Both the position numbers and the translations under genes were made by a program. The notes under the pieces are model-generated. The model saw only the letters and a list, made by a program, of their open reading frames with translations. It was not told the origin of the DNA and searched no databases. This document shows positions 29,079 to 38,233 of a DNA stretch of 59,336 bases, in pieces. Each line of letters starts with the position of its first letter. Positions within the stretch are counted from its first letter, which is position 1. Source of the stretch: a virus (lineage: Duplodnaviria > Caudoviricetes); IMG/VR virus record IMGVR_UViG_3300042507_008591, positions 1 through 59,336 of that record. The stretch is one strand, 5' to 3'.

Positions 29079-30216
29079 CTTTGTTACTCATTACAGGTTC
29101 ATCCATTCTTTTTTTCATTCGGTCTCTCGTCTCTACCAAGTATGTTGATGAGTCATGGTAAGCTCTATTTTCAATTAAGAAACAATAACCAGGAAATGGA
29201 TTTGTTCTTTCAGGTATCAACGCAATTTCGGTCAACTGAATTGCTTCTTCCAATCTGTTTTGTTCCTCCAATAGATGTATCAAATATAATAAATGTTCGT
29301 TTCTTCCTGGAGCAAAGGGTTCTGCTTGTCGGTACATTGATTCGGATTTTTCCAAATTACCCATGAATCTGTAAGCATCTCCCATTAAAATAAATGTAAG
29401 GTAACCCATTTCATCAACACGAGCAGGGATGCCAGTCTCATAATAGTTGTGATTGATTATCAACCATTGCTCAAAATAGAAAATAGCTCTTCGAGCATAT
29501 TCATCGGAGTGGACTTTACCCAAAGGTAATTCTTCGGGTTTACCATAACAATCCGCATAACTTTTAGCGACATACCAAAAATGATACATGTCATCATTCA
29601 AAGTATTTCCAACAACTTTATCACTTTCAAGTTCCAAAGCGTCTTTCAAAAACTTTCTTGGAGCAAACCATGTTTGTCCATCGTTTGTGACAATGTGACG
29701 AAATCCTTCGGGTAAAGTAATTCTTTGAAATTCTTCACCTAAACTTGGTAGATGGATTGTCTCGTGTCTTCTATCGTGAGCAAAGAACCAAGGAAGTTTG
29801 GAATTCCACATCCAAGTCCTAAAGTATTTAGTATCGAATGAGTGTACAATAATATTCCATGATGATACTGTTGTATCATTGAATACTTCCCAATCGAAAT
29901 CTTCATCAACTTCCAATCTTTCATCCGCGTCCATACGAAGAATCCAATCACATCCGTGGTCGGATTTCAAACAAGCCTGAAGAGCATGGTCTCGGTTGAA
30001 ACCTGGATACTGCCACTCAGTCTCATAAAGAAAACCTGGGATACCCTTTTCTTGAAAATAGTCACGAATTATGTCTTGGGTTCCATCTTTGGAACCGTTA
30101 TCTTGGATTACCCAGTAGTCAATGTATTTGTAACAGGAATCCAACATACGGGTGATGGTTCTTGCCTCGTTGGCGACCATCGCATTTAAACAGATTTTTG
30201 TTGTTTTGTTATTCAT
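29056..30216 (-). CDS. GT2 glycosyltransferase with TPR-like C-terminus
   Basis: ICLNAMVANE, DNGSKDGT, MDADE, HE; helical C-terminus. Confidence 0.85.
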   Translation of the reverse strand: MNNKTTKICLNAMVANEARTITRMLDSCYKYIDYWVIQDNGSKDGTQDIIRDYFQEKGIPGFLYETEWQYPGFNRDHALQACLKSDHGCDWILRMDADERLEVDEDFDWEVFNDTTVSSWNIIVHSFDTKYFRTWMWNSKLPWFFAHDRRHETIHLPSLGEEFQRITLPEGFRHIVTNDGQTWFAPRKFLKDALELESDKVVGNTLNDDMYHFWYVAKSYADCYGKPEELPLGKVHSDEYARRAIFYFEQWLIINHNYYETGIPARVDEMGYLTFILMGDAYRFMGNLEKSESMYRQAEPFAPGRNEHLLYLIHLLEEQNRLEEAIQLTEIALIPERTNPFPGYCFLIENRAYHDSSTYLVETRDRMKKRMDEPVMSNKGVVFDFK

Positions 30217-31459
30217 AGATATAGTTCATTACTTGTTCCTCATCAAAGTATTTTCTGATGGGTACTTTATGTTGAAATTTTTGTGAGTGTTGAGCCTCGT
30301 CGTCCCAATTCCAATCCCAAAAACCAAGTTCATTAATTCTTTCGTGTATTTTTTTATCGTAGTGGTCACGAATAAGTCTTGCCCTTCTATTGATGTCTGT
30401 TGCGTTGTTATCAACGGTAGAGTTTCGGTTGTTGAATTGAAGATATAAAACTTTTTTGATGTGAATAAACTTAGTTGCCAAAAATGTACGAATAATAATT
30501 TCTAAGTCATCAGCAACTGGTATTGATTTGTTATGTCCACCAATCTCGTGATAGACCTCTCGTTTCCACATTCTGAGATGATTCGGCATCGTAATATTGA
30601 ATCGGATAGTAAGAGGGTTTATGTCGGGGTAGTGGTGTGCTAATCTTTCTTTTCCATCAACTTTGACCCAAGTGTGTCCAGCATAAGAAAAATCAAAAAA
30701 GTTATCCTCTCTTGCATACCAATTACCTGACCAATCATGGTCGTAATATTTAGGTTCTTCGTTGTCTTCATACATCTCACTGCAGTTTGTATAAAGAAAA
30801 CCACCATCGGGATATTTTTCAATGGCTTCTTGACACGTAGATAAACATTCAGTCGTTAACATATCATCATGGTCCAATTCACCGACCCAATCACCATCAC
30901 AAAGTATTGCTGCCCTGTGTTTAGCTAAACCAATATTCCCACCACTCAAAGGATAAATCCTATGAAGTTTGACTCTATAATCTTTCGAAGCAATGTCTTG
31001 GAGAATCTCCCAAGTATCGTCATCAGGTGAGTCATCAACAATAACCCATTCCCAATTGGTCAAGGTTTGATTTTTCAATCCTTGGTAAGTACGACGAATT
31101 CTTTCACCTGTTTTATAAGTCGGTGTAAAAATCGAAAATCTTGGTCGGAAGTAATCACAGTTTCTAAATACCGTTTGACAAGCAATCACATTGGCTAAAA
31201 TGACATCTTCCATCAAAGTATCATAGTGGATATGGTATCGTGATAGATGAAAGTGGGGTATGTCAATTTTTCTACCAAAGGATATAATCAAGTCAGGACG
31301 ATATTTGGTATAATCCTCGACTACTGAGTTATTATAGGGAAGAGAATAAACAGTAACTTCTTCGTAAAGATTTTCCTCCCAATAAACGTGGGAATGTAAA
31401 ATAGACTCTCCGAGTTTGTGCCACCCATAAACAATGGCTGATGGTTTCTTTGTATTCAT
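30209..31459 (-). CDS. GT2 glycosyltransferase
   Basis: SIFTPTY, WEWVIVDDS, ELDHDD, ADDLE. Confidence 0.88.
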   Translation of the reverse strand: MNTKKPSAIVYGWHKLGESILHSHVYWEENLYEEVTVYSLPYNNSVVEDYTKYRPDLIISFGRKIDIPHFHLSRYHIHYDTLMEDVILANVIACQTVFRNCDYFRPRFSIFTPTYKTGERIRRTYQGLKNQTLTNWEWVIVDDSPDDDTWEILQDIASKDYRVKLHRIYPLSGGNIGLAKHRAAILCDGDWVGELDHDDMLTTECLSTCQEAIEKYPDGGFLYTNCSEMYEDNEEPKYYDHDWSGNWYAREDNFFDFSYAGHTWVKVDGKERLAHHYPDINPLTIRFNITMPNHLRMWKREVYHEIGGHNKSIPVADDLEIIIRTFLATKFIHIKKVLYLQFNNRNSTVDNNATDINRRARLIRDHYDKKIHERINELGFWDWNWDDEAQHSQKFQHKVPIRKYFDEEQVMNYIYE

Positions 31460-31492
31460 ACAGATGAAAGTATATCCAAAAGACTTATAATG

Positions 31493-31807
31493 TCAATAAG
31501 GAACACTTTCTCCACAACTACCATCACACCCTTGTCCAGCACCCTCGACGTATCCAACTCTCATGTCGATATGGGTTCCACGGGTATATCTTGTTTCACG
31601 ACCGCAAACCACACATTTTTCAATTTTGTCATTTAGTGTAAGTAATTCAGTTACCATTCCGTTTTCATCGATTACTAATCCAACGTGTTCATCACGATTG
31701 TTCATAACCTCATTGCGAGTATTCCAATATTTTTGTCTTACGAGTTTTCCCAACTCAAAATTATTTGAGTTTTTGATAATTTCTTCTTCAGAGACTTGTA
31801 TTTTCAT
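31493..31807 (-). CDS. Hypothetical protein with CxxC
   Basis: CVVCG.ET.Y...HID.R.GYVEGAGQ.C. Confidence 0.65.
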   Translation of the reverse strand: MKIQVSEEEIIKNSNNFELGKLVRQKYWNTRNEVMNNRDEHVGLVIDENGMVTELLTLNDKIEKCVVCGRETRYTRGTHIDMRVGYVEGAGQGCDGSCGESVPY

Positions 31808-31869
31808 TTTTTTATTTTAAAGATATGATTAGCCTTTAAAGAAAAAAAGTATTTATCAAAAAAACAATA

Positions 31870-32784
31870 ATGGACAAACAAAAAGTTTTATCACTAACAA
31901 AGGCTTTGCGGGGTGCTTTTTCTAAAATGTTAACCGAAAAAAGTCTTTTCACTTTCTCAGATATGTTGAGAATTCTTAGAAAAGTAAAAAAAGGAAAGTT
32001 TGGTAAATCTTTTTTGCAGTCCTTCAAAAAAGAAGATTTGTTTTTATCCACATTTTTGCTTTATATGGAAAATCAAAAAGGTTTCGCCCCACAAGAAACT
32101 TTGCGAATGTTGGATAGAGCTTTTTTGATTGTTTTGTTAGAAGATACCGGAAATAAATCAAGAATCTTATGTGATAATTGTGACGGAGATGGTGAAGTCC
32201 GTTGTTCATGGTGTGAAGGTGATGGTAAGGTTGATTGTTCCGAATGTACAGATGGAGAGATAGAGTGTGCCGATTGTGAAGGTACTGGTGAAATCGGTGA
32301 TGAACCGTGTTCAACTTGTCAAGGTGGTGGAACATTGGAGTGTGATTGGTGCAACGGTTATGGAAGAGTAACTTGTGACGAATGTAATGGTAATGAATCA
32401 GAAGAATGTGAATTTTGTGACGGAGATGGTGAGGTTTACAAAGAAGGGAGCAATGATTTTTCATTGAGTATTTGGATAACTATGGACCAAAATTTAAAAA
32501 AATTCCAAGTTGGTAAAATAGTCGATTTGGGTGCGTTCAATGAAATAAGAGATAATTCACATTTAATTTTACACGAGGAAAATCTTCCCTTAAGAAACGA
32601 GGATTGGAGTCAAGTTTTTGGTAAATCTGAAATTATTGTGATAGGAAACACTGACAGTCCCACATTTTTTGACTCTTTAGTAGATACGGTCATGACAGAC
32701 TACTCTTACGGTGTAGACCCTGATGAAATCGAAAACTTCCTATTAGATTACCTTCAACAAGGAAAAAATTATTTTGCCGAGTAA
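31870..32784 (+). CDS. Protein with eight DnaJ-type CxxCxGxG repeats, no J domain
   Basis: CDNCDGDG, CSWCEGDG, CSECTDG, CADCEGTG, CSTCQGGG, CDWCNGYG, CDECNG, CEFCDGDG; no HPD motif. Confidence 0.8.
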   Translation: MDKQKVLSLTKALRGAFSKMLTEKSLFTFSDMLRILRKVKKGKFGKSFLQSFKKEDLFLSTFLLYMENQKGFAPQETLRMLDRAFLIVLLEDTGNKSRILCDNCDGDGEVRCSWCEGDGKVDCSECTDGEIECADCEGTGEIGDEPCSTCQGGGTLECDWCNGYGRVTCDECNGNESEECEFCDGDGEVYKEGSNDFSLSIWITMDQNLKKFQVGKIVDLGAFNEIRDNSHLILHEENLPLRNEDWSQVFGKSEIIVIGNTDSPTFFDSLVDTVMTDYSYGVDPDEIENFLLDYLQQGKNYFAE

Positions 32785-32865
32785 AAAAAAAAGGTCAGAT
32801 TTCTCTGACCTTCTTGGGACTGACAGATTGTCAGTCGCTCCACCACCTGACAAAGTGTCAGGAAT

Positions 32866-33153
32866 TTACTTGGTAACCAACGATTCAATTTTAGACCTGA
32901 AGTGTTCAGTGAGGTTCGTTTCACTCTCGTACTCCTTGGAAGTAGAAATGATAATCGAGTCTATCAAGTATTTGTGTGGGACATTAATTAAAAAATCTGT
33001 CCCATTAAAAAAAGAAAGGTTTTCCTTGAGTTCCAAGCATCCGTGAACCATCTTCAAGAAAATCTTGTATTGGACGGAGTCCAAAAAACTCTCATTAACC
33101 AAAACACCAAACTTTTCGTGTTCGATGCGGATGTGGTGGTAATTCAATTTCAT
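32866..33153 (-). CDS. Hypothetical protein
   Basis: 95 aa with a TATCTTTG promoter upstream. Confidence 0.65.
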   Translation of the reverse strand: MKLNYHHIRIEHEKFGVLVNESFLDSVQYKIFLKMVHGCLELKENLSFFNGTDFLINVPHKYLIDSIIISTSKEYESETNLTEHFRSKIESLVTK

Positions 33154-33217
33154 ATCCCTTTTTTGTTTTATACTTCAAAGATAAGAAACTTTTCTCAATC
33201 TACCAAATATTAAAAAT

Positions 33218-33248
33218 AAAAAACCCCCAACCTTACGGAAGGGGGTTT
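33218..33248 (-). terminator. Terminator closing the large ncRNA
   Basis: AAACCCCC...GGGGGTTT stem with a U-tract on the minus strand. Confidence 0.7.
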
Positions 33249-33249
33249 G

Positions 33250-33990
33250 GCTAATGCTCTGAGACTACGAGCTTAGGTGGTCAGTCTTTGGTGGGATTAT
33301 TGTTTCCCCACTCGGTCCACAACAGTTGCCTGTCGTAACCAACCAGTGTCGGTAATTTGAGTCTACCACTCTTTTCGTTGACACCAACTCAACTGATACT
33401 CCTATCTCTTCAACCTTGCGAGCTAACTAAGGGATGGCCGTCCCACGAGTAGTTTCCCAATCAACACCGATGGACTTGCGGTCCTATCCGTGCCTTCATT
33501 GGTCCGATGACCTGAAGGATTAGACACCTTTCAGTACCAACGCCCGAAGACTTTTGCTTGTATCATTGAATATCATTCATATTGATATGTAGCTTTGTAG
33601 AAGAATGAAAGATGTGCTTCGGGAGAAGGTCCATTCCTTTTGAGAACGAAATGCTTCACACCTCTCTGTCAACCCGCCAGTTGACGGTCAATCAGGACTA
33701 CGGTGGGTTTAAACCCGTGGTAACCCCTCAGACTGGTACCCAGCTTTACAACATCCGGCGGGATGTCTCAAACCGTCACCTGTACCTTTTCCTATTGATG
33801 TCTCCATCTCAACCCCGATTCTCTACAAAATCGGGATGATGTCTCCCCCTCAGCACTTGCCGTCAGGGTTTTCACCGTAGGTACTTTGTTTAGTTGTCAG
33901 GTCATCGACCTGCGAGACTACTAAGGTCGCTAAACCTTCTCATCCCTTTTAGTCCCATCACTGGGGTTATCTGAAGACGCTAAACCGCCT
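33250..33990 (-). ncRNA. Large structured RNA, GOLLD-like
   Basis: ~740 nt, GC-richer than flanks, no credible ORF, many hairpins, next to a tRNA; AAGCAAAAGUC and 3' CGUAGUCUCAG match motifs I recall from GOLLD (unverified). Confidence 0.65.
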
Positions 33991-33998
33991 TTTTAACA

Positions 33999-34009
33999 TT
34001 TTAAAGAAC
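33999..34009 (-). promoter_or_regulatory. boxA-like element before the large RNA
   Basis: GTTCTTTAAAA, identical copy at 34164-34174. Confidence 0.5.
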
Positions 34010-34084
34010 GTGTCAGGTTTCCCTGACTTGTTGTGAAAGTATAATAAGGTTTTTGTTTTGGTCAAGTACCTTATCAAACTTTTG

Positions 34085-34158
34085 TTGCGGGAGAGGGATT
34101 TGAACCCCCGACCTCAAGGTTATGAGCCTTGCAAGCTGACCAACTGCTCTATCCCGCT
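34085..34158 (-). tRNA. tRNA-Met (CAT), initiator-like
   Basis: AGCGGGA-TA-GAGC..GCTT-G-CAAGG-CTCATAA-CCTTG-AGGTC-GGGGG-TTCAAAT-CCCTC-TCCCGCA-A; 1:72 mismatch; CCA not encoded. Confidence 0.92.
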
Positions 34159-34163
34159 ATGTA

Positions 34164-34174
34164 TTTTAAAGAAC
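34164..34174 (-). promoter_or_regulatory. boxA-like element before the tRNA
   Basis: GTTCTTTAAAA. Confidence 0.5.
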
Positions 34175-34378
34175 TAACTCAGAAAAAAATCCCACAACAT
34201 ATGAATATTCTCTCGAACACTCGTTGTGGGATTTGGGTAAGGATTCTACTCCTTCATCCGAGTGTTTCACAAAGATAATACAGAATTGTGTTCCGTCAAT
34301 ACCCTGAATGAAACTTTTGTTGGGGTGTGTTTCTACCAAACGGTAGAGTTCATAAATATAGTCATTTCGAACAAAAGT

Positions 34379-34801
34379 TCAATCTAAACCAAAAATTTTT
34401 CTAACAACTTTGTAAAGATTAGTTCCCATTTCCATTTTATCAAGTTTGTCAACTTGGAAGTATCTACACTCGGAATGTTCATGTCCGTCTTCAGCATTTT
34501 CCAAATCGGGATAAATTTTTTCATTAGGTTGCAGTGTGTAGATATACATCAACCCTTTTGTTTTACCATTCTTGACTTTTGGCATGACCGCTCTAAAAAC
34601 TAAATCATCAACAGAAATTTCATTGTCAGTTTCTTCGTAAAATTCACGGGCAGCAGCTTCCTTCGGTTCTTCTCCCTTGTCGACACCTCCGCCAGGTATA
34701 GACCAAGTATTTGGATAACTTTGAGACGGAGCTCTCTTACATAATAAACATTCGTCTCCAACTTTTACTAAAACACTAGCAACGTCTCGTCTCTTTTTCA
34801 T
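34379..34801 (-). CDS. Nudix hydrolase (start moved to MKKRRD)
   Basis: Nudix box GGGVDKGEEPKEAAAREFYEET. Confidence 0.9.
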   Translation of the reverse strand: MKKRRDVASVLVKVGDECLLCKRAPSQSYPNTWSIPGGGVDKGEEPKEAAAREFYEETDNEISVDDLVFRAVMPKVKNGKTKGLMYIYTLQPNEKIYPDLENAEDGHEHSECRYFQVDKLDKMEMGTNLYKVVRKIFGLD

Positions 34802-34816
34802 ATTTATAAATAGATT

Positions 34817-35173
34817 ATGAAAGTAAAAATAGGAAACAATATCTTCAATGTAAAAGTCAGACATGACGACAAAGGAAGAGCCGAAGGTATGATGGGTAAA
34901 AACTTTACCGACAAATATAATGGAATGTTGTTCATCATGGATGATGATACCAATTGTTTTTGGATGAAAAAATGTACGATACCCTTGGATGTTATTTTTA
35001 TCGAGGGTCTTACGATTTCCAAAATCCATCACAATTGTCCGCCATGTGAATCAAAGAAAGACGAAGATTGTGAAAATTATTGTGGAAGAGGTAGATTGAT
35101 TTTGGAAATAAGAGGTGGTTCCGCGGAAAAACTCAAAATCAAAAAAGGAGACGAGATTAAATTACTCCTTTGA
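34817..35173 (+). CDS. DUF192 family protein
   Basis: RAEGMM, GMLF, FWMK.C.IPLDVIFI, LEI.GG. Confidence 0.88.
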   Translation: MKVKIGNNIFNVKVRHDDKGRAEGMMGKNFTDKYNGMLFIMDDDTNCFWMKKCTIPLDVIFIEGLTISKIHHNCPPCESKKDEDCENYCGRGRLILEIRGGSAEKLKIKKGDEIKLLL

Positions 35174-36577
35174 TTCCTTGCTCTGACGAATCTTATCTTT
35201 AAGAACTCTCATAAATTCTTGCCCAACCATCTTGGTGAACTTAACGTAAGGAGTATCATCAGATTCAGAATCATATCTATATTTGCCTTCAGGTGGTCTT
35301 GTTGCTCTGCCTAAGTAACTAAGTCCTGAAATATTTGTAATACATTTGTGTCCACCTGAATTGGCTTTAATCAAATCCCAAGCGTTAACCCCAATTCTGT
35401 CTAAGAGTTTTTTCTCTTCCTCTGTCAAGTCACTAAAAGGTCTGTCGAGGATTGATTTAATTTGATTCATCTTTTCAATACCGCCTTCTATACCAAGAAT
35501 TTTATCACCATACATCGCTTCAAAATCCTTGTAGGTGAAACCAACACTTTCTTCTCCTACAGATTTTTCACTTACGTACTTGATTGTTGACAGTGGGACA
35601 ATTCTATTCTTAAGTGGTTCCTCCCATTTTGCTAATACCTCGTTTTTGATTTCTCCTAAGTCAACCCCTTTAAGTTCTCTGTCTTTTTTAAATGGATTAC
35701 AGGACGCTTGGACTAACCCCATTGGCCACATGATGACCAAGAAGTCTGCGTCAGGGTTGTTATGGAATGATGTATATCGGTCGTAAGAGCCTGTACCTTT
35801 TAGAGAACCCATTCCATATTGGAATATGATTCCATCTTCGACATTTACATTCTGATGGTTTTTCATCGAGTCAAGATACCTCTGAGTGTTTCTTTGAAGT
35901 GTCTCAGGTGTTTCTCTCGAATTATCCTCCATCCATCTACGGATATTACCTAAAATTGATAATAAAGATGGTTCAGAGTTCATAACCAAACCTTCCAAAA
36001 AACCTGGTTTGTTTTTGAATGCGAGAAGAAGTTTGTTAATGGTGAGACCAAGGAGCATCTTGTTTTGTTGAAGACCCTTGTCTTTATCTAATCTGAAAAT
36101 GTAATTAATTACGTCCTTTGTGGTGAGATTGTGTTTGGCATAATCCGCCGAGTCTACTGTAGATATCAACTTGATATCGGAACTTGGGAATATTTCTTTG
36201 GGAGATATAATTTGAGATATTGTTTCAACATTGGAACGTGCTTGTCTGAAACTTTTTGACGCATCCTTTTCAGCACCAACTTGGGTGTCATGGTGGTCGG
36301 TATGAATAACAAACATTGGTTTACCGTGGGCAAAGTCCACTAAAACTGGCATCACTTCACCACTAGCTTCAGGTTTTTTTACCGCAAATTCTCTATCACC
36401 ATATTGAATGATTTCAGAATCTACAACATCAAAACCATTGTCCTCGAGATATTTTTTCATAGCCAAGGCGGTGGTTACCCCATCCAAGTCTTGGTGAAAA
36501 TAAATCTTAGCTTTCGGGTATCTTTTTCTGAGGTCTTTTATATCTCTGAGTCCCGACTCGAGGATAACTTTTTTCAT
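35162..36577 (-). CDS. DHH-family phosphoesterase-like protein
   Basis: HQDLDG, LVDF, TDHH, late SGGH motif. Confidence 0.75.
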   Translation of the reverse strand: MKKVILESGLRDIKDLRKRYPKAKIYFHQDLDGVTTALAMKKYLEDNGFDVVDSEIIQYGDREFAVKKPEASGEVMPVLVDFAHGKPMFVIHTDHHDTQVGAEKDASKSFRQARSNVETISQIISPKEIFPSSDIKLISTVDSADYAKHNLTTKDVINYIFRLDKDKGLQQNKMLLGLTINKLLLAFKNKPGFLEGLVMNSEPSLLSILGNIRRWMEDNSRETPETLQRNTQRYLDSMKNHQNVNVEDGIIFQYGMGSLKGTGSYDRYTSFHNNPDADFLVIMWPMGLVQASCNPFKKDRELKGVDLGEIKNEVLAKWEEPLKNRIVPLSTIKYVSEKSVGEESVGFTYKDFEAMYGDKILGIEGGIEKMNQIKSILDRPFSDLTEEEKKLLDRIGVNAWDLIKANSGGHKCITNISGLSYLGRATRPPEGKYRYDSESDDTPYVKFTKMVGQEFMRVLKDKIRQSKESKE

Positions 36578-36578
36578 A

Positions 36579-36947
36579 TTATTCTAACGTAAGAAGGTAC
36601 TTCAACTTGTTGATGGTTCCCATCATTTCGTCACGAATGTTCAACAAATCTGAGTCAAGGCTTGGGTCAAGTTCATTGGACATATCTAAGAAAAACTCAA
36701 TAGTATTGTCCAAGAAATTTTGCATTGATAACCTATTGATATCTTGGAACATGATTGCGAATTCTGCAGGGAACTCAGGTCTACCGTATTTCCCCATCAT
36801 GGTTTCAACAAACTCGTCAATGAGTCCATCCAAATCTTTCTGTACTTTGTCGTAAGCTTTGTGTTTGGAATAACTAAATGTTTGCCAGTGTAAAAACTTG
36901 AATTGGTTTTTTACTTGCACAAACTTGATTATGAACTCTTCTTTCAT
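36579..36947 (-). CDS. Ferritin/Dps-like four-helix protein (DUF5856-like)
   Basis: LHWQT.SYSKHKA.D, DEFVE..MGKYGR, LLNIRDEM....NKLKYLLTL; alternative start at 36962. Confidence 0.8.
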   Translation of the reverse strand: MKEEFIIKFVQVKNQFKFLHWQTFSYSKHKAYDKVQKDLDGLIDEFVETMMGKYGRPEFPAEFAIMFQDINRLSMQNFLDNTIEFFLDMSNELDPSLDSDLLNIRDEMMGTINKLKYLLTLE

Positions 36948-36980
36948 TATTAAACTTTTCATATAAATACCTTAAAAAAC

Positions 36981-37004
36981 AAAAAACCCCTCCGTAGAGG
37001 GGTT
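36981..37004 (-). terminator. Intrinsic terminator after the TonB receptor/lipoprotein operon
   Basis: AAAAAACCCCTC-CGTA-GAGGGGTT. Confidence 0.75.
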
Positions 37005-37027
37005 CCTTTAGGACCGTTTTGTGAAAC

Positions 37028-38233
37028 TTAGAATTTGGTCCAACCAAGGAGCCAGTTAGTGGTTCCTTGAGGGATAGCACCTACGTTACCATTCAAGGTT
37101 TCAAAACCATTTGTAACGGGTGATGTGGAAGATGTCCAAAGTGTATTGTTGTCATTCACAACTTTGGTAGTCATCTCTTCCAATGATAAAATTAATGGAG
37201 ACTTTGTGATAAGGATTTTAGTTGTGTCAACGCTGTGAACAACATTTCCTGTGAATTCAGAAACACCATTTTTAAACGATTGTACTGTGATGTCACTCTC
37301 AATCTGTAAACCACCTTTCATGTATCCATAAAATACTGAGTTTTTAACTACGAAGTTTGTTCCTCTTCTGAATCTCATCGCCAAGTTGTGGTTTGTGAGA
37401 GACTGAGTTAAAACAGGACCTACGAGTGTGAAGTTAAGAAGGGTTGGTTTGGTTGTTGGGGTAAGGGTTGAACCAGCTCCGTCGTTATCGCATTCAATAC
37501 CGTTACCAGCATCCGCTCCGTCAACAAACAAAGGGTCTCTTTTTGAAATTGCGTATTGGATGGTTCCTCTGTATCCGAAGTCAAAGTCGTAATCATCGTC
37601 ACCTGTTCCAACCGCCACCAAGTATTTAGGTGAAACAGTTCCACCAAAGAACTCAAACGCATCATCAAACGAGTAATAACACTCAACATATTCAACCACG
37701 GTTCCACTACCGACACCCCCTAAAGTGAGTGCATTTAATTCTGAATTAGCAAACGCAGCGATTCCAGCGTATTCAATTCTCACATACTTGAAAACTCCTG
37801 AGTTATCAGCATCGTCTTCTCCACCATAATTTTTTCCGACCCCACCTTCGATGATTGGTTCAATTTGGTTGGTCTTTGCTCTACCTAAGATTACAATACC
37901 ACCCCAGTCACCTGATTGTGGGAAAGCGTTTCCTGATGTAAATACGATTGGTTCATCCGCGGTTCCTTCAGCCATAATCTTTCCACCACGTTCGATAATA
38001 AGAGCCCCTTTCTCAGCGATGTCACTGTGAATGGTGGTTCCTTCTTCAATGGTAAGGGTAATTCCCTCAGGGACGAAGACATATCCTTTAAGAGTCCATA
38101 GTTTATCCTTTGTGAGGGTTTTATCCTCAGTTAAAGTACCCTGAAGAACAAGTTCGTTTGGGTCAATGATTTCATCCTCACATGATGTAAAAATTAAAAG
38201 TGAGGATAATAGAAAAGCTGTTAACTTTTTCAT
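37028..38233 (-). CDS. Beta-helix lipoprotein partnered with the TonB-dependent receptor
   Basis: Lipobox FTS-C; GDWGGIVILG, DNSG..KYVRIEYAG, DDAFEFFGG, DDDYDFD. Confidence 0.85.
   Translation of the reverse strand: MKKLTAFLLSSLLIFTSCEDEIIDPNELVLQGTLTEDKTLTKDKLWTLKGYVFVPEGITLTIEEGTTIHSDIAEKGALIIERGGKIMAEGTADEPIVFTSGNAFPQSGDWGGIVILGRAKTNQIEPIIEGGVGKNYGGEDDADNSGVFKYVRIEYAGIAAFANSELNALTLGGVGSGTVVEYVECYYSFDDAFEFFGGTVSPKYLVAVGTGDDDYDFDFGYRGTIQYAISKRDPLFVDGADAGNGIECDNDGAGSTLTPTTKPTLLNFTLVGPVLTQSLTNHNLAMRFRRGTNFVVKNSVFYGYMKGGLQIESDITVQSFKNGVSEFTGNVVHSVDTTKILITKSPLILSLEEMTTKVVNDNNTLWTSSTSPVTNGFETLNGNVGAIPQGTTNWLLGWTKF

Noticed and set aside
32024-32464. 146-aa His-rich minus-strand ORF
   Set aside because: Antisense shadow of the CxxCxGxG repeats.
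33612-33839. 75-aa plus-strand ORF
   Set aside because: Lies inside the structured RNA region, has atypical composition and no start signal.
34311-34379. Possible second tRNA upstream of tRNA-Met
   Set aside because: Has an outer stem and a small hairpin but no cloverleaf or T-loop consensus.
34802-35032. N-terminal extension of the Nudix ORF
   Set aside because: Overlaps the DUF192 gene antisense; the ATG at 34801 follows the TATTTAT motif.
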